A DNA stretch of 64,000 nt from assembly GCA_028717245.1 (NCBI GenBank), contig JAQUOD010000003.1:85636-149635 (forward strand). Reading direction: 5' to 3'. The translations under genes and the position numbers were made by a program. The notes beneath the pieces were generated by a model. That model did no database searches. It worked only from the letters and a program-made list of their open reading frames with translations, and had not been told where the DNA came from. The first letter of the stretch is position 1, and each line of letters starts with the position of its first letter. Source of the DNA: Candidatus Omnitrophota bacterium. GTDB taxonomy: Bacteria > Omnitrophota > Gorgyraeia > Gygaellales > Profunditerraquicolaceae. This document shows positions 54,173-64,000 of the stretch, in pieces.

Positions 54173-54805
54173 ATGGCCTATAACATTTTAAAAGAATTAA
54201 AGACGCACGCTCCTTTTACGATATTCGGCACAATTACTGGAATAATTATCATGGCGTTTACATTGAAGCTGCCTTACGAGGCTTCATATAATATTTTTTA
54301 TGTGCTTCATCCCTTGCATGTGTTTTTAAGCGCACTAGTTACCGCGGCAATGTATAAACTTCATACGTGCCCCAGCATAAGCGCTAATTGCATCAAAGGA
54401 AAATGTAATTTTTGGGCTTTAACTATAATAGGCTATGTTGGATCCGTGGGTATCGCGACTATCAGCGATTCCCTTATTCCTTACGTGGCTGAATCCCTGC
54501 TTGGTATGCCTAATAGGGGAATACACCTTGGTTTCATTGAGAAATGGTGGCTGGTTAACCCTTTGGCCATTTTAGGCATAGTGATTGCTTACTTTAAACC
54601 AAGAACAAAATTTCCCCATGCCGGCCATGTGTTGTTAAGTACCTGGGCGTCTTTGTTCCATATAATTATGGCAAAAATAGTGATTTTAAGCTGGTTTTCA
54701 TATGTTACTATTTTTATATTTTTATTTTTAGCAGTTTGGCTTCCTTGCTGCGTAAGCGATATAGTTTTTCCTTTGTTATTTGTGAAAGGCGATAAGATAA
54801 AGTAA
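54173..54805 (+). CDS. Hypothetical polytopic membrane protein
   Basis: ~6 TM helices. Confidence 0.4.
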   Translation: MAYNILKELKTHAPFTIFGTITGIIIMAFTLKLPYEASYNIFYVLHPLHVFLSALVTAAMYKLHTCPSISANCIKGKCNFWALTIIGYVGSVGIATISDSLIPYVAESLLGMPNRGIHLGFIEKWWLVNPLAILGIVIAYFKPRTKFPHAGHVLLSTWASLFHIIMAKIVILSWFSYVTIFIFLFLAVWLPCCVSDIVFPLLFVKGDKIK

Positions 54806-54873
54806 ATCTTTGAAAGGGTAAAGCCGCATGGTTAATTTAAGAAAGCTTATATTATATTTGCTGCTAAGAGCTT

Positions 54874-55194
54874 ATGAAAAACATTGGGCCTTTTGTTAAG
54901 AAGCTTGATGGCCGAAAGAAGTTTAAGCGTATATTTGGTAAATCCGGCAAGAAAAAAGGCTTATCTTCGGGATTTATGACCATTAAAAAAGGCGATACCG
55001 TAGGAATTCATAATACAGGGGGCAAAGAAGAGGTCTTAGTTGTTTTACATGGCAAAGCGCAGGTCAGTATCGCAAATAAACATTTTATCTTAAAGGATGG
55101 GATAGTGTTATATATTCCGCCTGATACTTTGCATGATGTTAAAAATATAGGTACGCGGTTACTTAAATATTTATATGTTACCGCGGCTGTGTAA
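54874..55194 (+). CDS. Cupin-domain protein
   Basis: G(D)TVGIHN...HGKAQ...PPDTLHDVKN cupin pattern. Confidence 0.5.
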   Translation: MKNIGPFVKKLDGRKKFKRIFGKSGKKKGLSSGFMTIKKGDTVGIHNTGGKEEVLVVLHGKAQVSIANKHFILKDGIVLYIPPDTLHDVKNIGTRLLKYLYVTAAV

Positions 55195-55203
55195 AGGGAT
55201 TCT

Positions 55204-55575
55204 ATGCACGAGACAAGATTCATTAACGAAATATTTGCAGTCTTAAAAGAGAAATTGGCTAAAGAAAAGGTTACTGGGCAGGCCGTAGTCAATGTTCGCT
55301 TAAGCCCTTTTAGCCATGTTGCTGCTGAAACCTTGCAAGGTTCCTTTAATGAGTTGATTAAAGGTGAGAATTTTAAGAATGCGCTGCTTAAAGTTCTGCC
55401 CCTTGAAATCCTGTTAGAGTGCAAAAACTGCAAACGTAGCACCCGCATTACCAAGAGGGTATTCGGTTGTCCTTTTTGCAATAGCGCGGATGTTAATATC
55501 CAGATGGATAAGGAATTTTTTGTTGAGTCCATAGAAATTGAGCGTAAAGAGAAGGGAGTAAAAGATGGGGATTGA
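55204..55575 (+). CDS. hypA: Hydrogenase nickel-incorporation protein HypA-like
   Basis: MHE N-terminus; CKNC...CPFC zinc motif. Confidence 0.7.
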   Translation: MHETRFINEIFAVLKEKLAKEKVTGQAVVNVRLSPFSHVAAETLQGSFNELIKGENFKNALLKVLPLEILLECKNCKRSTRITKRVFGCPFCNSADVNIQMDKEFFVESIEIERKEKGVKDGD

Positions 55576-55882
55576 TATAAATGACGGCAATTTTAAGCAG
55601 GAGGTGTTGGAAGAAACTTTGCCTGTTCTGGTAGATTTTTGGGCAGTATGGTGTGGCCCTTGCCTTAGGCTTGCTCCGGTAATTGAGCAGATTGCCAAAG
55701 AATACAAAGGAAAATTGAAGGTTTGTAAGTTAAATGTGGATGAGGCTCCCAAGACAGCTTCCAGCTATGGTATTATGAGCATACCAACGTTAGCGATTTT
55801 TAGGAATGGGGAAGCAGTGGATAAAATTGTAGGCGCGCTACCTAAGGCAGAGCTGGAAACTACGATTAAGAAATACATCTGA
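55565..55882 (+). CDS. trxA: Thioredoxin
   Basis: WAVWCGPC active site. Confidence 0.85.
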   Translation: MGIDINDGNFKQEVLEETLPVLVDFWAVWCGPCLRLAPVIEQIAKEYKGKLKVCKLNVDEAPKTASSYGIMSIPTLAIFRNGEAVDKIVGALPKAELETTIKKYI

Positions 55883-55903
55883 TTAATAACACAAGAGCGT
55901 TTT

Positions 55904-56221
55904 ATGATGGATTTTAAGCAGATTAATGAAGCAAGGAAGATTTTAGGGCTAGGTGAAGAGGCAAGCATGGAAGAGATTAAAGATGTCTTTAGGGATTTAG
56001 CCCTTAAATACCATCCTGATAGATGCAAGGAGAAGGATAAGAAACACTGCGAAGAGATGTTTAAGAAGATAAACCACGCAAAGGATATTATCACAAGTTA
56101 CTGCGCGAATTACAGGTTTTCTTTTAAAGAAAAAGATGTTAAGAAGAATATTATGTCAAAAGAGGAATATGAGCATCTTAAGCGTTTTTTTGACGGCTGG
56201 TTCGGAGATTTGGATTTATGA
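55904..56221 (+). CDS. J-domain (DnaJ-like) protein
   Basis: KYHPDR HPD motif. Confidence 0.65.
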   Translation: MMDFKQINEARKILGLGEEASMEEIKDVFRDLALKYHPDRCKEKDKKHCEEMFKKINHAKDIITSYCANYRFSFKEKDVKKNIMSKEEYEHLKRFFDGWFGDLDL

Positions 56222-56838
56222 GCGATATTTTCGATAAGTATTATAAAAAATATGACGTATGGTATAATAGGCATAAATTTGCTTATTTATCAGAAATTGG
56301 CGCACTGAAAAAAGTTGTACCTAAGAAAGGTGAGGGATTGGAAATTGGCGTTGGTACAGGCAGATTCGCTTCTAGATTAGGGATAAAGTACGGAGTCGAT
56401 CCTTCTGAAAATATGCTTAAAATTTCCAAAAAAAGAGGTATAGATGCACGCCATGCTCAAGGAGAAAGATTACCGTTTGACAGTTCCATTTTTGATTATG
56501 TTGCTATTATTATTACTTTGTGTTTTGTTAAAGATCCCATTAAGGTATTGATAGAGGCAAAAAGGGTTTTAAAGAATCGTGGTAAGATTATTGTTGGAAT
56601 TATCGATAAGGATAGTTTTTTAGGCAATTTTTATCAAAGGAAAAAGAGTCTATTTTATAGGCAGGCTCATTTTTTCGGCGTGAAAGAAGTTACTGATTTA
56701 CTTAAGATGTCAGGTTTCGGCAGAGTTTCGTATTATCAAACGATATATAAATTCCCGGATGAAATAAATTCAGTTGAAAAGCCTAAGAAAGGCTTTGGCC
56801 GGGGTGGGTTTGTGGTAATCTCAGGAGAAAAGATTTGA
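56218..56838 (+). CDS. Class I SAM-dependent methyltransferase
   Basis: LEIGVGTGRF motif I. Confidence 0.65.
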   Translation: MSDIFDKYYKKYDVWYNRHKFAYLSEIGALKKVVPKKGEGLEIGVGTGRFASRLGIKYGVDPSENMLKISKKRGIDARHAQGERLPFDSSIFDYVAIIITLCFVKDPIKVLIEAKRVLKNRGKIIVGIIDKDSFLGNFYQRKKSLFYRQAHFFGVKEVTDLLKMSGFGRVSYYQTIYKFPDEINSVEKPKKGFGRGGFVVISGEKI

Positions 56839-57317
56839 GAGGAGAGCTTAAACTAAAGCCCATTGGAATCATCCATACGCCCTATAGAGAGACTAAGGGT
56901 ATTCCCATCCAGGGCAAATTTGAGAAAGGCGTCAGGGGCACAATAGAGATTTTCCCTGAATATCGGGCGGGTCTAAAAGATATCAAGGGATTTTCATATC
57001 TTATACTAATTTACTATTTTCACCGCTCAAAAGAAGAGCGGCTTGTGGGCAGGCCATTCCTTGAGGATAAGGAGCATGGGATATTCGCTATACGCAGCCC
57101 GCATCGGCCGAATCATATCGGATTTTCAATTGTGAAGCTGGGAAAGGTTAAAGGCAATAATATTACTTTTTCTGAAGTGGATATACTTGACGGAACGCCG
57201 CTTTTAGATATTAAGCCGTATGTGGCGCATTTCGATTCCAGAAAGCGCGTAAAAAGCGGCTGGATTGATAAGTATTTTAGGAATGGCAAGATACCAAAGA
57301 AAACCAGAATACGATGA
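56835..57317 (+). CDS. tsaA: TsaA/YaeB-like tRNA methyltransferase (swapped-hairpin barrel)
   Basis: KPIGIIHTPYRETKGIPIQG...RPNHIG pattern. Confidence 0.7.
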   Translation: MRGELKLKPIGIIHTPYRETKGIPIQGKFEKGVRGTIEIFPEYRAGLKDIKGFSYLILIYYFHRSKEERLVGRPFLEDKEHGIFAIRSPHRPNHIGFSIVKLGKVKGNNITFSEVDILDGTPLLDIKPYVAHFDSRKRVKSGWIDKYFRNGKIPKKTRIR

Positions 57318-57492
57318 AAATTATTCTAAATAAATGTTTGATAATCCTATCCTTCGTACACAGAATTTGTCCTCTTTGCGTTATATCCCGTAAATTCCCG
57401 AGATCGAAATTCGCAAAAATAGTCTTTCTTTGGGGCGAGATTTGCCCCTGTTGCAATATCTATTTTTTGGCTAAGAGAAGGGATCTTATAAG

Positions 57493-57735
57493 ATGAATAA
57501 AATAAAAATAGATTTAACCCAAATGCAGCCAGGAGAAACTGGTATAGTAAAAGAAATTCAGGGAGGCCAAGGCTTCGTAAGAAAATTACAAAGTATGGGA
57601 GTAAGGCCGGAAAAGAAGATAACTAAGGTAAGCTCTCATTTTTGGCGTGGTCCCCAGACAGTAGAGGTAGATAATATACAGATTGCTGTTGGTTTTGGCA
57701 TGGCCAGAAGAATTTTAGTGGAAGTACAGAGATGA
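57493..57735 (+). CDS. feoA: FeoA
   Basis: 80-aa SH3-like, LTQMQPGETGIVKEI. Confidence 0.65.
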   Translation: MNKIKIDLTQMQPGETGIVKEIQGGQGFVRKLQSMGVRPEKKITKVSSHFWRGPQTVEVDNIQIAVGFGMARRILVEVQR

Positions 57736-59447
57736 AAATAGAGAAGATCTTATTGGTGGGGAATCCTAATGTCGGCAAAAGCGCCATATTCTCCAGGCTT
57801 ACCGGAGCAAAGGTAATAATTTCTAATTATCCCGGAACAACAGTAGAGTTTACCCAGGGTAAAATGAAGCTTGGTGATGAAGCAGTAATGATTATAGATG
57901 TCCCGGGAACATATACTTTAGAGCCGACTTGCAAAGCCGAAGACGTGGCTTGCCGAATGGTAAAAGAAGGCGGTTTGGTGATTAATATTATTGATGCCAC
58001 AAATTTAGAGAGAAATCTTTATCTAACCTTACAACTCTTAGAAAAAGGTATGCCGTTTATGGTGGCTTTGAATATGTGGGATGATACCAAGCACCGGGGA
58101 ATTTATATTGATATTAAAAAATTAGAAGAACAGTTAGGAGTACCGGTAATTCCTACTTGTGGTTTAACCGGAGAGGGCATCAAAGGACTAATCGATCGCT
58201 TGCCAGAAACAAAGGCGAGAGATTCATCTGCTTCTTCTGATAGCCAGAAATGGGAAAAAATAGGCAAAATTGTAGAAGAGGTTCAGAAATTAACTCACCG
58301 TCACCACACGTTGTTAGAAAGACTGGAAGATTTAAGTATTAAGCCACTCACAGGGTTGCCGATTGCCTTAGGTATCATATATTGTGCCTTTTGGGTAGTT
58401 CGTTTTGTTGGGGAGAATCTAATTGGGCATATATTTGAACCCTTGTTTACCAAGTTATGGTTGCCTTTGTTGATGAAATTAAGCGCATTTTTGCTGGAGG
58501 GAAGTTTTTTACACCATATTCTTATTGGTAATCTTATAGAAGGTAAAATAAATTTTGGCCAGTCTTTCGGACTTTTAACCACAGGCCTCTATGTTCCTGT
58601 TGCCATGGTGCTACCTTATATATTTAGTTTTTATCTCATATTAGGGTTACTGGAGGATTTAGGATATCTTCCTCGCTTGGCGGTTTTAGCAGATAATTTT
58701 ATGCATCATTTGGGCCTGCATGGATATGCGATAATTCCTTTTATTCTAGGTTTAGGTTGTAAAGTTCCCGGTCTCTTAGCCACTCGGCTTTTAGAGGAAA
58801 GACGCGAAAAATTTATCGCTGCTACTTTAATGGCAATCGGCGTCCCTTGTATGGCGCAAATTGCCATGATTGTGGGATTAGTGGGGCAAAGAGGAGGAAA
58901 GTATGTAGCAATCATATTTTTTGTTCTTTTTCTCCTCTTAATAATTAAGGGCCTGGTTTTAAATAGAGTTTTAAAAGGAGTAAGCCCTGAGATATTAATT
59001 GAAATTCCTCCTTATCGAACACCTCAGATTCAAGCGGTGATTAAGAAACTTTGGATGCGTTTATCCGGTTTTTTAAAGGAAGCGTTGCCTTTGGTGCTTT
59101 TAGGTGTGTTTTTTGTGAATATACTTTATACCTTAAAGATTATAGATTTCTTTGCTTATATTTTTACTCCGGTTTTAACCGGCTTATGGGGACTTCCCAA
59201 AGAGGCTACCTCTGCTTTAATAGTTGGTTTTTTAAGAAAAGATGTTGCTGTAGGTATGCTTGGGCCGCTTAATCTGACTACTAAGCAATTAGTAGTTGGC
59301 TCTACGATATTAGCGGTTTACTTTCCCTGCATTGCTACTTATATAGTTTTAATCGGGGAATTGGGGATAAAAGATACGCTTAAAAGCACATCTATTATGA
59401 TTGTGGTTGCGTTACTAATCGGAACATTACTTAATTTGATTCTTTAA
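57732..59447 (+). CDS. feoB: Ferrous iron transporter FeoB
   Basis: GNPNVGKS G1 motif, DVPGTYTL, membrane domain with gate motifs. Confidence 0.85.
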   Translation: MKIEKILLVGNPNVGKSAIFSRLTGAKVIISNYPGTTVEFTQGKMKLGDEAVMIIDVPGTYTLEPTCKAEDVACRMVKEGGLVINIIDATNLERNLYLTLQLLEKGMPFMVALNMWDDTKHRGIYIDIKKLEEQLGVPVIPTCGLTGEGIKGLIDRLPETKARDSSASSDSQKWEKIGKIVEEVQKLTHRHHTLLERLEDLSIKPLTGLPIALGIIYCAFWVVRFVGENLIGHIFEPLFTKLWLPLLMKLSAFLLEGSFLHHILIGNLIEGKINFGQSFGLLTTGLYVPVAMVLPYIFSFYLILGLLEDLGYLPRLAVLADNFMHHLGLHGYAIIPFILGLGCKVPGLLATRLLEERREKFIAATLMAIGVPCMAQIAMIVGLVGQRGGKYVAIIFFVLFLLLIIKGLVLNRVLKGVSPEILIEIPPYRTPQIQAVIKKLWMRLSGFLKEALPLVLLGVFFVNILYTLKIIDFFAYIFTPVLTGLWGLPKEATSALIVGFLRKDVAVGMLGPLNLTTKQLVVGSTILAVYFPCIATYIVLIGELGIKDTLKSTSIMIVVALLIGTLLNLIL

Positions 59448-59464
59448 TTATACCAGCAGACAAA

Positions 59465-60334
59465 ATGTTAAATCAGAATTTAAAAGAAAAAGTCTTAAAA
59501 GCCCAGAGGAACGAGATTACCGATCATATTGTGTATAGAAGGCTTTCTTCTATTGTAAAAATCAGAGAACATTCGGAAATCTTGAGAAAGATATCCCAAG
59601 AGGAGCTTGAGCATTACGGGATTTTTAAGGATATAACTAATCAAGAGCCAGCTCCTGACCGCTTGAAAATATTCTTTTACGTGTTTATTTCTAAAGTCTT
59701 TGGTTTAAACTTCGGCTTGAGGCTTATGGAAAAAGGGGAAGACCTCGCTAAAGATACTTACGAAGCAATAAAAGAATTATCTCCTAAAATTGAAGAGATA
59801 ATCCGGGATGAGAGTAGACATGAAAACGAACTCTTAGATTTAATCGATGAGGAGCGTTTAAAATACGTAAGCTCTATGGTGTTGGGTTTAAATGACGCGT
59901 TGGTAGAATTAACCGGCGCCTTGGCAGGGTTTACTCTGGCAATACAAAACACAAGGCTTATCGGCATGGTAGGGTTGATTACTGGGATTGCGGCCTCTAT
60001 GTCTATGGCAGCTTCAGAGTATTTATCCACCAAGCAGGAAGAAACGGAAAAAAGCCCTTTAAAAGCAAGCATATATACCGGTTTTGCCTACGTAGGAACG
60101 GTTATACTTTTAATTTTTCCCTATCTTATATTTAAGAATATATTTATCTGCTTAGGTTTTGTATTATCTAATTCCCTCTTGGTAATCCTCATTTTTACTT
60201 TTTATATATCGGTTGCTAAAGGATTGAATTTTAGAAAAAGATTTTTCGAAATGGCGGGTTTAAGTTTAAGCATAGCTATAATCAATTTCTTTATTGGGTT
60301 AATCATCAAAAATGTTTTTGGAATAGAGGCCTAA
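59465..60334 (+). CDS. Ferritin-like/VIT1 (CCC1-family) membrane iron transporter fusion
   Basis: N-terminal ferritin-like E..H helices (EELEHYG, ESRHENE) then 5 TM VIT1 domain. Confidence 0.65.
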   Translation: MLNQNLKEKVLKAQRNEITDHIVYRRLSSIVKIREHSEILRKISQEELEHYGIFKDITNQEPAPDRLKIFFYVFISKVFGLNFGLRLMEKGEDLAKDTYEAIKELSPKIEEIIRDESRHENELLDLIDEERLKYVSSMVLGLNDALVELTGALAGFTLAIQNTRLIGMVGLITGIAASMSMAASEYLSTKQEETEKSPLKASIYTGFAYVGTVILLIFPYLIFKNIFICLGFVLSNSLLVILIFTFYISVAKGLNFRKRFFEMAGLSLSIAIINFFIGLIIKNVFGIEA

Positions 60335-60362
60335 AAGGAACAGAAAATATTTCAGCTAAAAT

Positions 60363-61109
60363 ATGAATAAAGTTATTTCTTTTTGTCTAATTGTAGGGTT
60401 GGTATTTATTTTAAATTCTTGCGTTACCGCGCCTATTAAACCCCCCATAACTCCTGCAAAAGAAGTATATCCGCACACCGCTATGCCGGTTTTAAGGCAG
60501 GATGCCTCTCATATAGTTGCTCCCGGAGAGACACTCTGGCGAATTAGTAAAATGTACAATGTCCCTATAAAGGACATATCATCCGCAAATAATTTAAAGA
60601 CGCAAACCTTAGGTAAGGGGCAACGCCTTTTGATCCCTAATGCTGCGCCCATTGTTCCTGTTATACCCTTATATCATTCCAAGAAATGGAAATATATCGT
60701 TATTCATCACAGCGCAACTGACGAAGGTAATTCCCTGCAATTTGATAAGTATCATCAAAGCAAAGGATGGGAAGGGATAGGGTATCATTTCGTGATTGAT
60801 AACGGCACAAAAGGAAAACAGGATGGCCAGATTGAGGTTTCTCCCCGCTGGATAAAACAAGAAGGCGGCTCTCATTGTAGGGCAGGCAATATGAATGAAA
60901 AAGCAATCGGGATTTGCCTCGTAGGAAATTTTAATAGAGAATACGTATCTTCAAAACAATTAGACGCCTTAGTGTATTTGGTAAATGTATTAAGAAAATA
61001 TTACAAAATTCCTGTTAAAAGAATAACAGGGCATAATCAGGTTTTAGGCGCCAGAACAGAATGCCCGGGCAAAAATTTCCCTTGGACAAGGTTTAAAAAC
61101 AGTTTATAG
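60363..61109 (+). CDS. N-acetylmuramoyl-L-alanine amidase (Amidase_2) with N-terminal LysM, signal peptide
   Basis: LysM (VAPGETLWRISKMYNV...LLIP); amidase YIVIHHSAT...GYHFVID...CPG. Confidence 0.8.
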   Translation: MNKVISFCLIVGLVFILNSCVTAPIKPPITPAKEVYPHTAMPVLRQDASHIVAPGETLWRISKMYNVPIKDISSANNLKTQTLGKGQRLLIPNAAPIVPVIPLYHSKKWKYIVIHHSATDEGNSLQFDKYHQSKGWEGIGYHFVIDNGTKGKQDGQIEVSPRWIKQEGGSHCRAGNMNEKAIGICLVGNFNREYVSSKQLDALVYLVNVLRKYYKIPVKRITGHNQVLGARTECPGKNFPWTRFKNSL

Positions 61110-61178
61110 CACAAAACACTTGACACTGGTTTATTTTGTGCTATTATTTTTATAAAAGTAATACCAGTAAAACCAATT

Positions 61179-61592
61179 ATGAATAAATTATTTAGATTCG
61201 GTATTTCATTAGATAAGGATTTACTAGATAAGTTTGACCGGCTCATCAGGGAGAAGAATTATACTAACCGTTCCGAGGCCTTCCGAGATTTAATCCGCGA
61301 GAATTTAGTAAAAGCTGAATGGAAGAAGAATAAGGAAATCGTAGGCGCAATAACCCTGATTTATGACCACCACAAAAGAGAACTTGTAAATAAGCTTATG
61401 GATATCCAGCATGATTTCGGAGGCATAATAATTTCTTCTCAGCACATTCATCTTGATCACAATAACTGTTTAGAAATCATAGCGGTTAAGGGCCATTCAG
61501 AGAAAGCCCAAAAATTATCCGATAGCCTGAAGTCAGTAAAGGGGGTGAAGCACGGGACATTAAGCCTATCAACTACAGGGAAGGATATTTAG
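61179..61592 (+). CDS. nikR: Nickel-responsive regulator NikR
   Basis: RFGISLDKDLLDKFD RHH domain; His-rich ACT-like domain (YDHH...HIHLDHNNC). Confidence 0.8.
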   Translation: MNKLFRFGISLDKDLLDKFDRLIREKNYTNRSEAFRDLIRENLVKAEWKKNKEIVGAITLIYDHHKRELVNKLMDIQHDFGGIIISSQHIHLDHNNCLEIIAVKGHSEKAQKLSDSLKSVKGVKHGTLSLSTTGKDI

Positions 61593-61789
61593 CGAACTAA
61601 CCGTTATTATTTTTTTGCCCAATCGTAGCACGAAATTAAAAAACGTAGTATAAAATAAACCCCGCCTTCTTCTCGCAAAAGATTCCGGCGGGGCGGTACC
61701 TGGCGTAACATAACGAAACACCAAGCCCAGCCATAAGTATACCATAACTTTAAGCTGGTGCAAACAACAGATGGGATGGGGGTATAATT

Positions 61790-63151
61790 ATGGCGGTTTT
61801 AAAGAAAGCAGCATTATTTTTGGTAGCTTTTTCTTTTCTTTACGCTACGGTAACCTTTGCTGAAGAATTATCTATCAGAGATGAAATTAATCAGCTTAAA
61901 GAGCGTATTGCTACCTTAGAAAAGAAAGTTTTGAATCAAGACGAATATATCGCTACACAGAATTCAACAGTTAAGGTACAGCAACAAACGATTTCAGAAT
62001 ACGAAACAAAGCTATCGCAGTTTGAGGAGAAGCTTAAGCGTGTGCCCGGTGAACCTATGAAACTGATGGAAGGCCTTGAGCTTGGCGTGGGTGCGACCGT
62101 GATTGTCCAGGGGACTAATAACGTTAACTATGCTCCTGAAGGTGAGACAAAAAAGAAAAACCGCACCGATGGCTCATATTCAGCGGATATAACTTTAGCT
62201 AAAGAGTTAAAAGAAGCCGGAGGAAAAGCATTTCTGCACCTTGAGGCAGGAGAGGGTGCTGGCCTTGAGGATAACCTGACGCTTTACAGCAATGTTAACC
62301 GCGATGCCGATGATGAGGATGACATCCGGGTAACCGAATTATGGTATGAGCAGGGCCTGTTTAAGGATAAGGCAGTTATTACCTTTGGTAAGCTTGACCC
62401 GACTGCCTATTTCGATCAAAGCGAAGTTGCTAATGACGAGACTACCCAGTTCTTGGGCAGGATATTCCGTAATAGCCCGACAATCGAATTTCCGGATAAC
62501 GGATTAGGTGTACGCGCTGCCTATATGCCAAAGGAATGGTTGGAATTAGGTTATGGCTTATTGAACGCAAAGAGTAGTTGGGAGAAGATAGGGGATAACC
62601 TTTTTAATATCGGGCAAGCCCACTTTAAGACTAATTTCTTTGATCTTGCCGGTAACTATCGCTTTTTAGGATGGTATAACAATGCCTATCATACAAAATG
62701 GCTTGATGACAGCAAGCAAAAGGAGGGTACTTATGGTTTTGGATTAAGCTTTGATCAAAAAGTTAATGGTATAACGACCGCATTTTTACGCTATGCTTGG
62801 CAAGATCCTAAGGTTTACAATCCTGATATCAAGGCAACGGGTGACCTTAACTATTCACTGGAACATTCCTGGAGCACGGGTCTTCGGGTAGAAGGTAAAC
62901 CTTGGGGTAGAGAAAATGACGTATTGGCTTTTGCGATCGGCCAGGTATTTCCTTCGGGTGATTACAAGAAATACTATAGCTATTCGGCTAAGCCAGAAGG
63001 GCACCTGGAAACATATTACCGGATACACGTTAATAAATATTTATCTTTAAGCCCTGATTTTCAATACATCTGGAATCCATTTGGCGGGGATGTCGGTGAT
63101 GACCCAAATAATATCTTTGTCGGTGGCATGAGGGCGCAGGTAGATTTTTAA
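61790..63151 (+). CDS. Outer-membrane beta-barrel porin-like protein with N-terminal coiled-coil
   Basis: signal peptide, coiled coil, alternating amphipathic strands, C-terminal ...QVDF. Confidence 0.5.
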   Translation: MAVLKKAALFLVAFSFLYATVTFAEELSIRDEINQLKERIATLEKKVLNQDEYIATQNSTVKVQQQTISEYETKLSQFEEKLKRVPGEPMKLMEGLELGVGATVIVQGTNNVNYAPEGETKKKNRTDGSYSADITLAKELKEAGGKAFLHLEAGEGAGLEDNLTLYSNVNRDADDEDDIRVTELWYEQGLFKDKAVITFGKLDPTAYFDQSEVANDETTQFLGRIFRNSPTIEFPDNGLGVRAAYMPKEWLELGYGLLNAKSSWEKIGDNLFNIGQAHFKTNFFDLAGNYRFLGWYNNAYHTKWLDDSKQKEGTYGFGLSFDQKVNGITTAFLRYAWQDPKVYNPDIKATGDLNYSLEHSWSTGLRVEGKPWGRENDVLAFAIGQVFPSGDYKKYYSYSAKPEGHLETYYRIHVNKYLSLSPDFQYIWNPFGGDVGDDPNNIFVGGMRAQVDF

Positions 63152-63174
63152 TTTAAAAAGAAAGGAGGAAAGGT

Positions 63175-63453
63175 ATGTGGTTAGTAACGACTTCTATCGC
63201 GGCAGCGGGTGCGACTTTAGGTAAGTTTGTTATACCTAAGGATTACAAGTTAGGTTTTCTGGCTTTAATGCTCTGGGGAGCGGCAGCAATGGTTCTGATC
63301 GACCATATATTGGGATATGAAGGCGGAGCGTTTTTGGAAAAGACAACAGACGGGATGGTTAAAAATAGCGCTATATTAGGAATAGTAATGTTGGCGCCTG
63401 TGTTTATAACTTGGGGTGTTTCACTTTTAATCTCAAATTTAAAAAGGAGGTGA
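63175..63453 (+). CDS. Small membrane protein (tandem paralog 1)
   Basis: 2-3 TM, similar to next ORF. Confidence 0.4.
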   Translation: MWLVTTSIAAAGATLGKFVIPKDYKLGFLALMLWGAAAMVLIDHILGYEGGAFLEKTTDGMVKNSAILGIVMLAPVFITWGVSLLISNLKRR

Positions 63454-63456
63454 AGT

Positions 63457-63768
63457 ATGGCTTGTTTCTTGGTTCCTACGGCTGCGGCAATAGTAACAAC
63501 TGCTGTCGGAAAGAAAGTTCCCGAAAAATACCATATGAATTGGTTAAATTCAATGTTATGGGGCGGGGTGGTAATGTTGGCAGTCGAACATATCTCTCAC
63601 GGAGAAATCGTTCCCTATCCGCCTTTTCTCACCGCTGGCCTTCCTGAAGTATTTCCAGAGATGATGAGGGTAGGTATCCCTATGACCCTGTCGATTTTTC
63701 TGATATGGGGGGTGATGGTAGCAGTAGCTGTGAGAGCGAGTAAAAGAGTACCATATATGGAGGCGTAA
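63457..63768 (+). CDS. Small membrane protein (tandem paralog 2)
   Basis: shares MLWGxxxMxxxxHI pattern with 63175 ORF. Confidence 0.4.
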   Translation: MACFLVPTAAAIVTTAVGKKVPEKYHMNWLNSMLWGGVVMLAVEHISHGEIVPYPPFLTAGLPEVFPEMMRVGIPMTLSIFLIWGVMVAVAVRASKRVPYMEA

Positions 63769-64000
63769 TAAGAAACTACACTAGAACTGCTAAGAGAGTA
63801 CTTTTAAAAGGCCTTGCTTTTAAGATTATTAGAAGTAAGGTCTTTTAATAATTGTATCCACCTTGCGAGGGTAGACAATAAATAACACTTTATTATGACA
63901 TAATGTAAAATATATTTCGCACTTTTGATATTGTCTAAGGAATAAAAAAGGCATATCCTCTTAGGTTGATAACGCAAATTATTAACCTAACCGGGCTGTT

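Noticed and set aside
61776-61792. TATAAT box 8 nt before the porin ATG, suggesting a leaderless mRNA
   Set aside because: Single hexamer with no -35 element; too weak to call, noted only.

Overview
AT-rich bacterial chromosomal segment, likely from an anaerobic diderm (an outer-membrane porin-like protein and lipoproteins are present). Every credible gene lies on the + strand. The window contains five main blocks.
(1) 0.4-5.2 kb: lipid and cell-envelope genes. These are an Aas-like acyl-CoA synthetase/ACP/PlsC fusion, uppP, a PfkB-family kinase and a YqeY-like protein.
(2) 5.3-17.2 kb: a long operon for a group 4 (Mbh/Ech-type) membrane-bound [NiFe] hydrogenase with a full Mrp-like antiporter module. 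It is preceded by sulfhydrogenase beta/gamma-like (AsrA/AsrB-like) and ferredoxin genes. Three of its intercistronic gaps carry unusual period-8 GTT/AAC inverted-repeat arrays.
(3) 17-28 kb: mixed housekeeping genes. These include an MFS transporter, a GH1 beta-glucosidase, a cNMP-binding/ParA-like/patatin tri-domain protein, MazG-like, NnrE, HycI, an NSS transporter and PssA. There are two large structured noncoding regions, at about 19.5 kb and 24.6-25.0 kb.
(4) 28.4-39.35 kb: a roughly 10.9 kb integrative island inserted at the 3' end of a tRNA-Phe(GAA) gene and bounded by a 14-bp direct repeat. It carries a tyrosine integrase and an AlpA-type excisionase. Its cargo is mostly unknown: a HEPN-motif protein, a HExxHxxQ metallopeptidase-like multidomain protein, a SpoVG-like protein, a divergent prephenate-dehydratase-like protein and a HicB-like protein. 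A GGCACA direct-repeat operator-like motif recurs in its promoters.
(5) 39.7-63.8 kb: an iron, Fe-S and redox neighbourhood. It includes Fur, MPRGDGTGP-motif (DUF5320-like) proteins, NifX-like proteins, a ferredoxin, MetK, an encapsulated-ferritin-like protein without an encapsulin shell gene, two MinD-ferredoxin ATPases, a CoA-disulfide-reductase-like protein with a CoA-binding protein, IscU-like, Mrp/ApbC, a radical SAM protein, PanD, Def, HypA, thioredoxin, FeoAB, a VIT1/ferritin-like protein, a LysM amidase, NikR and a porin-like protein.
No CRISPR array and no rRNA gene were found. All functional calls rest on motif recognition by eye, not on database searches.
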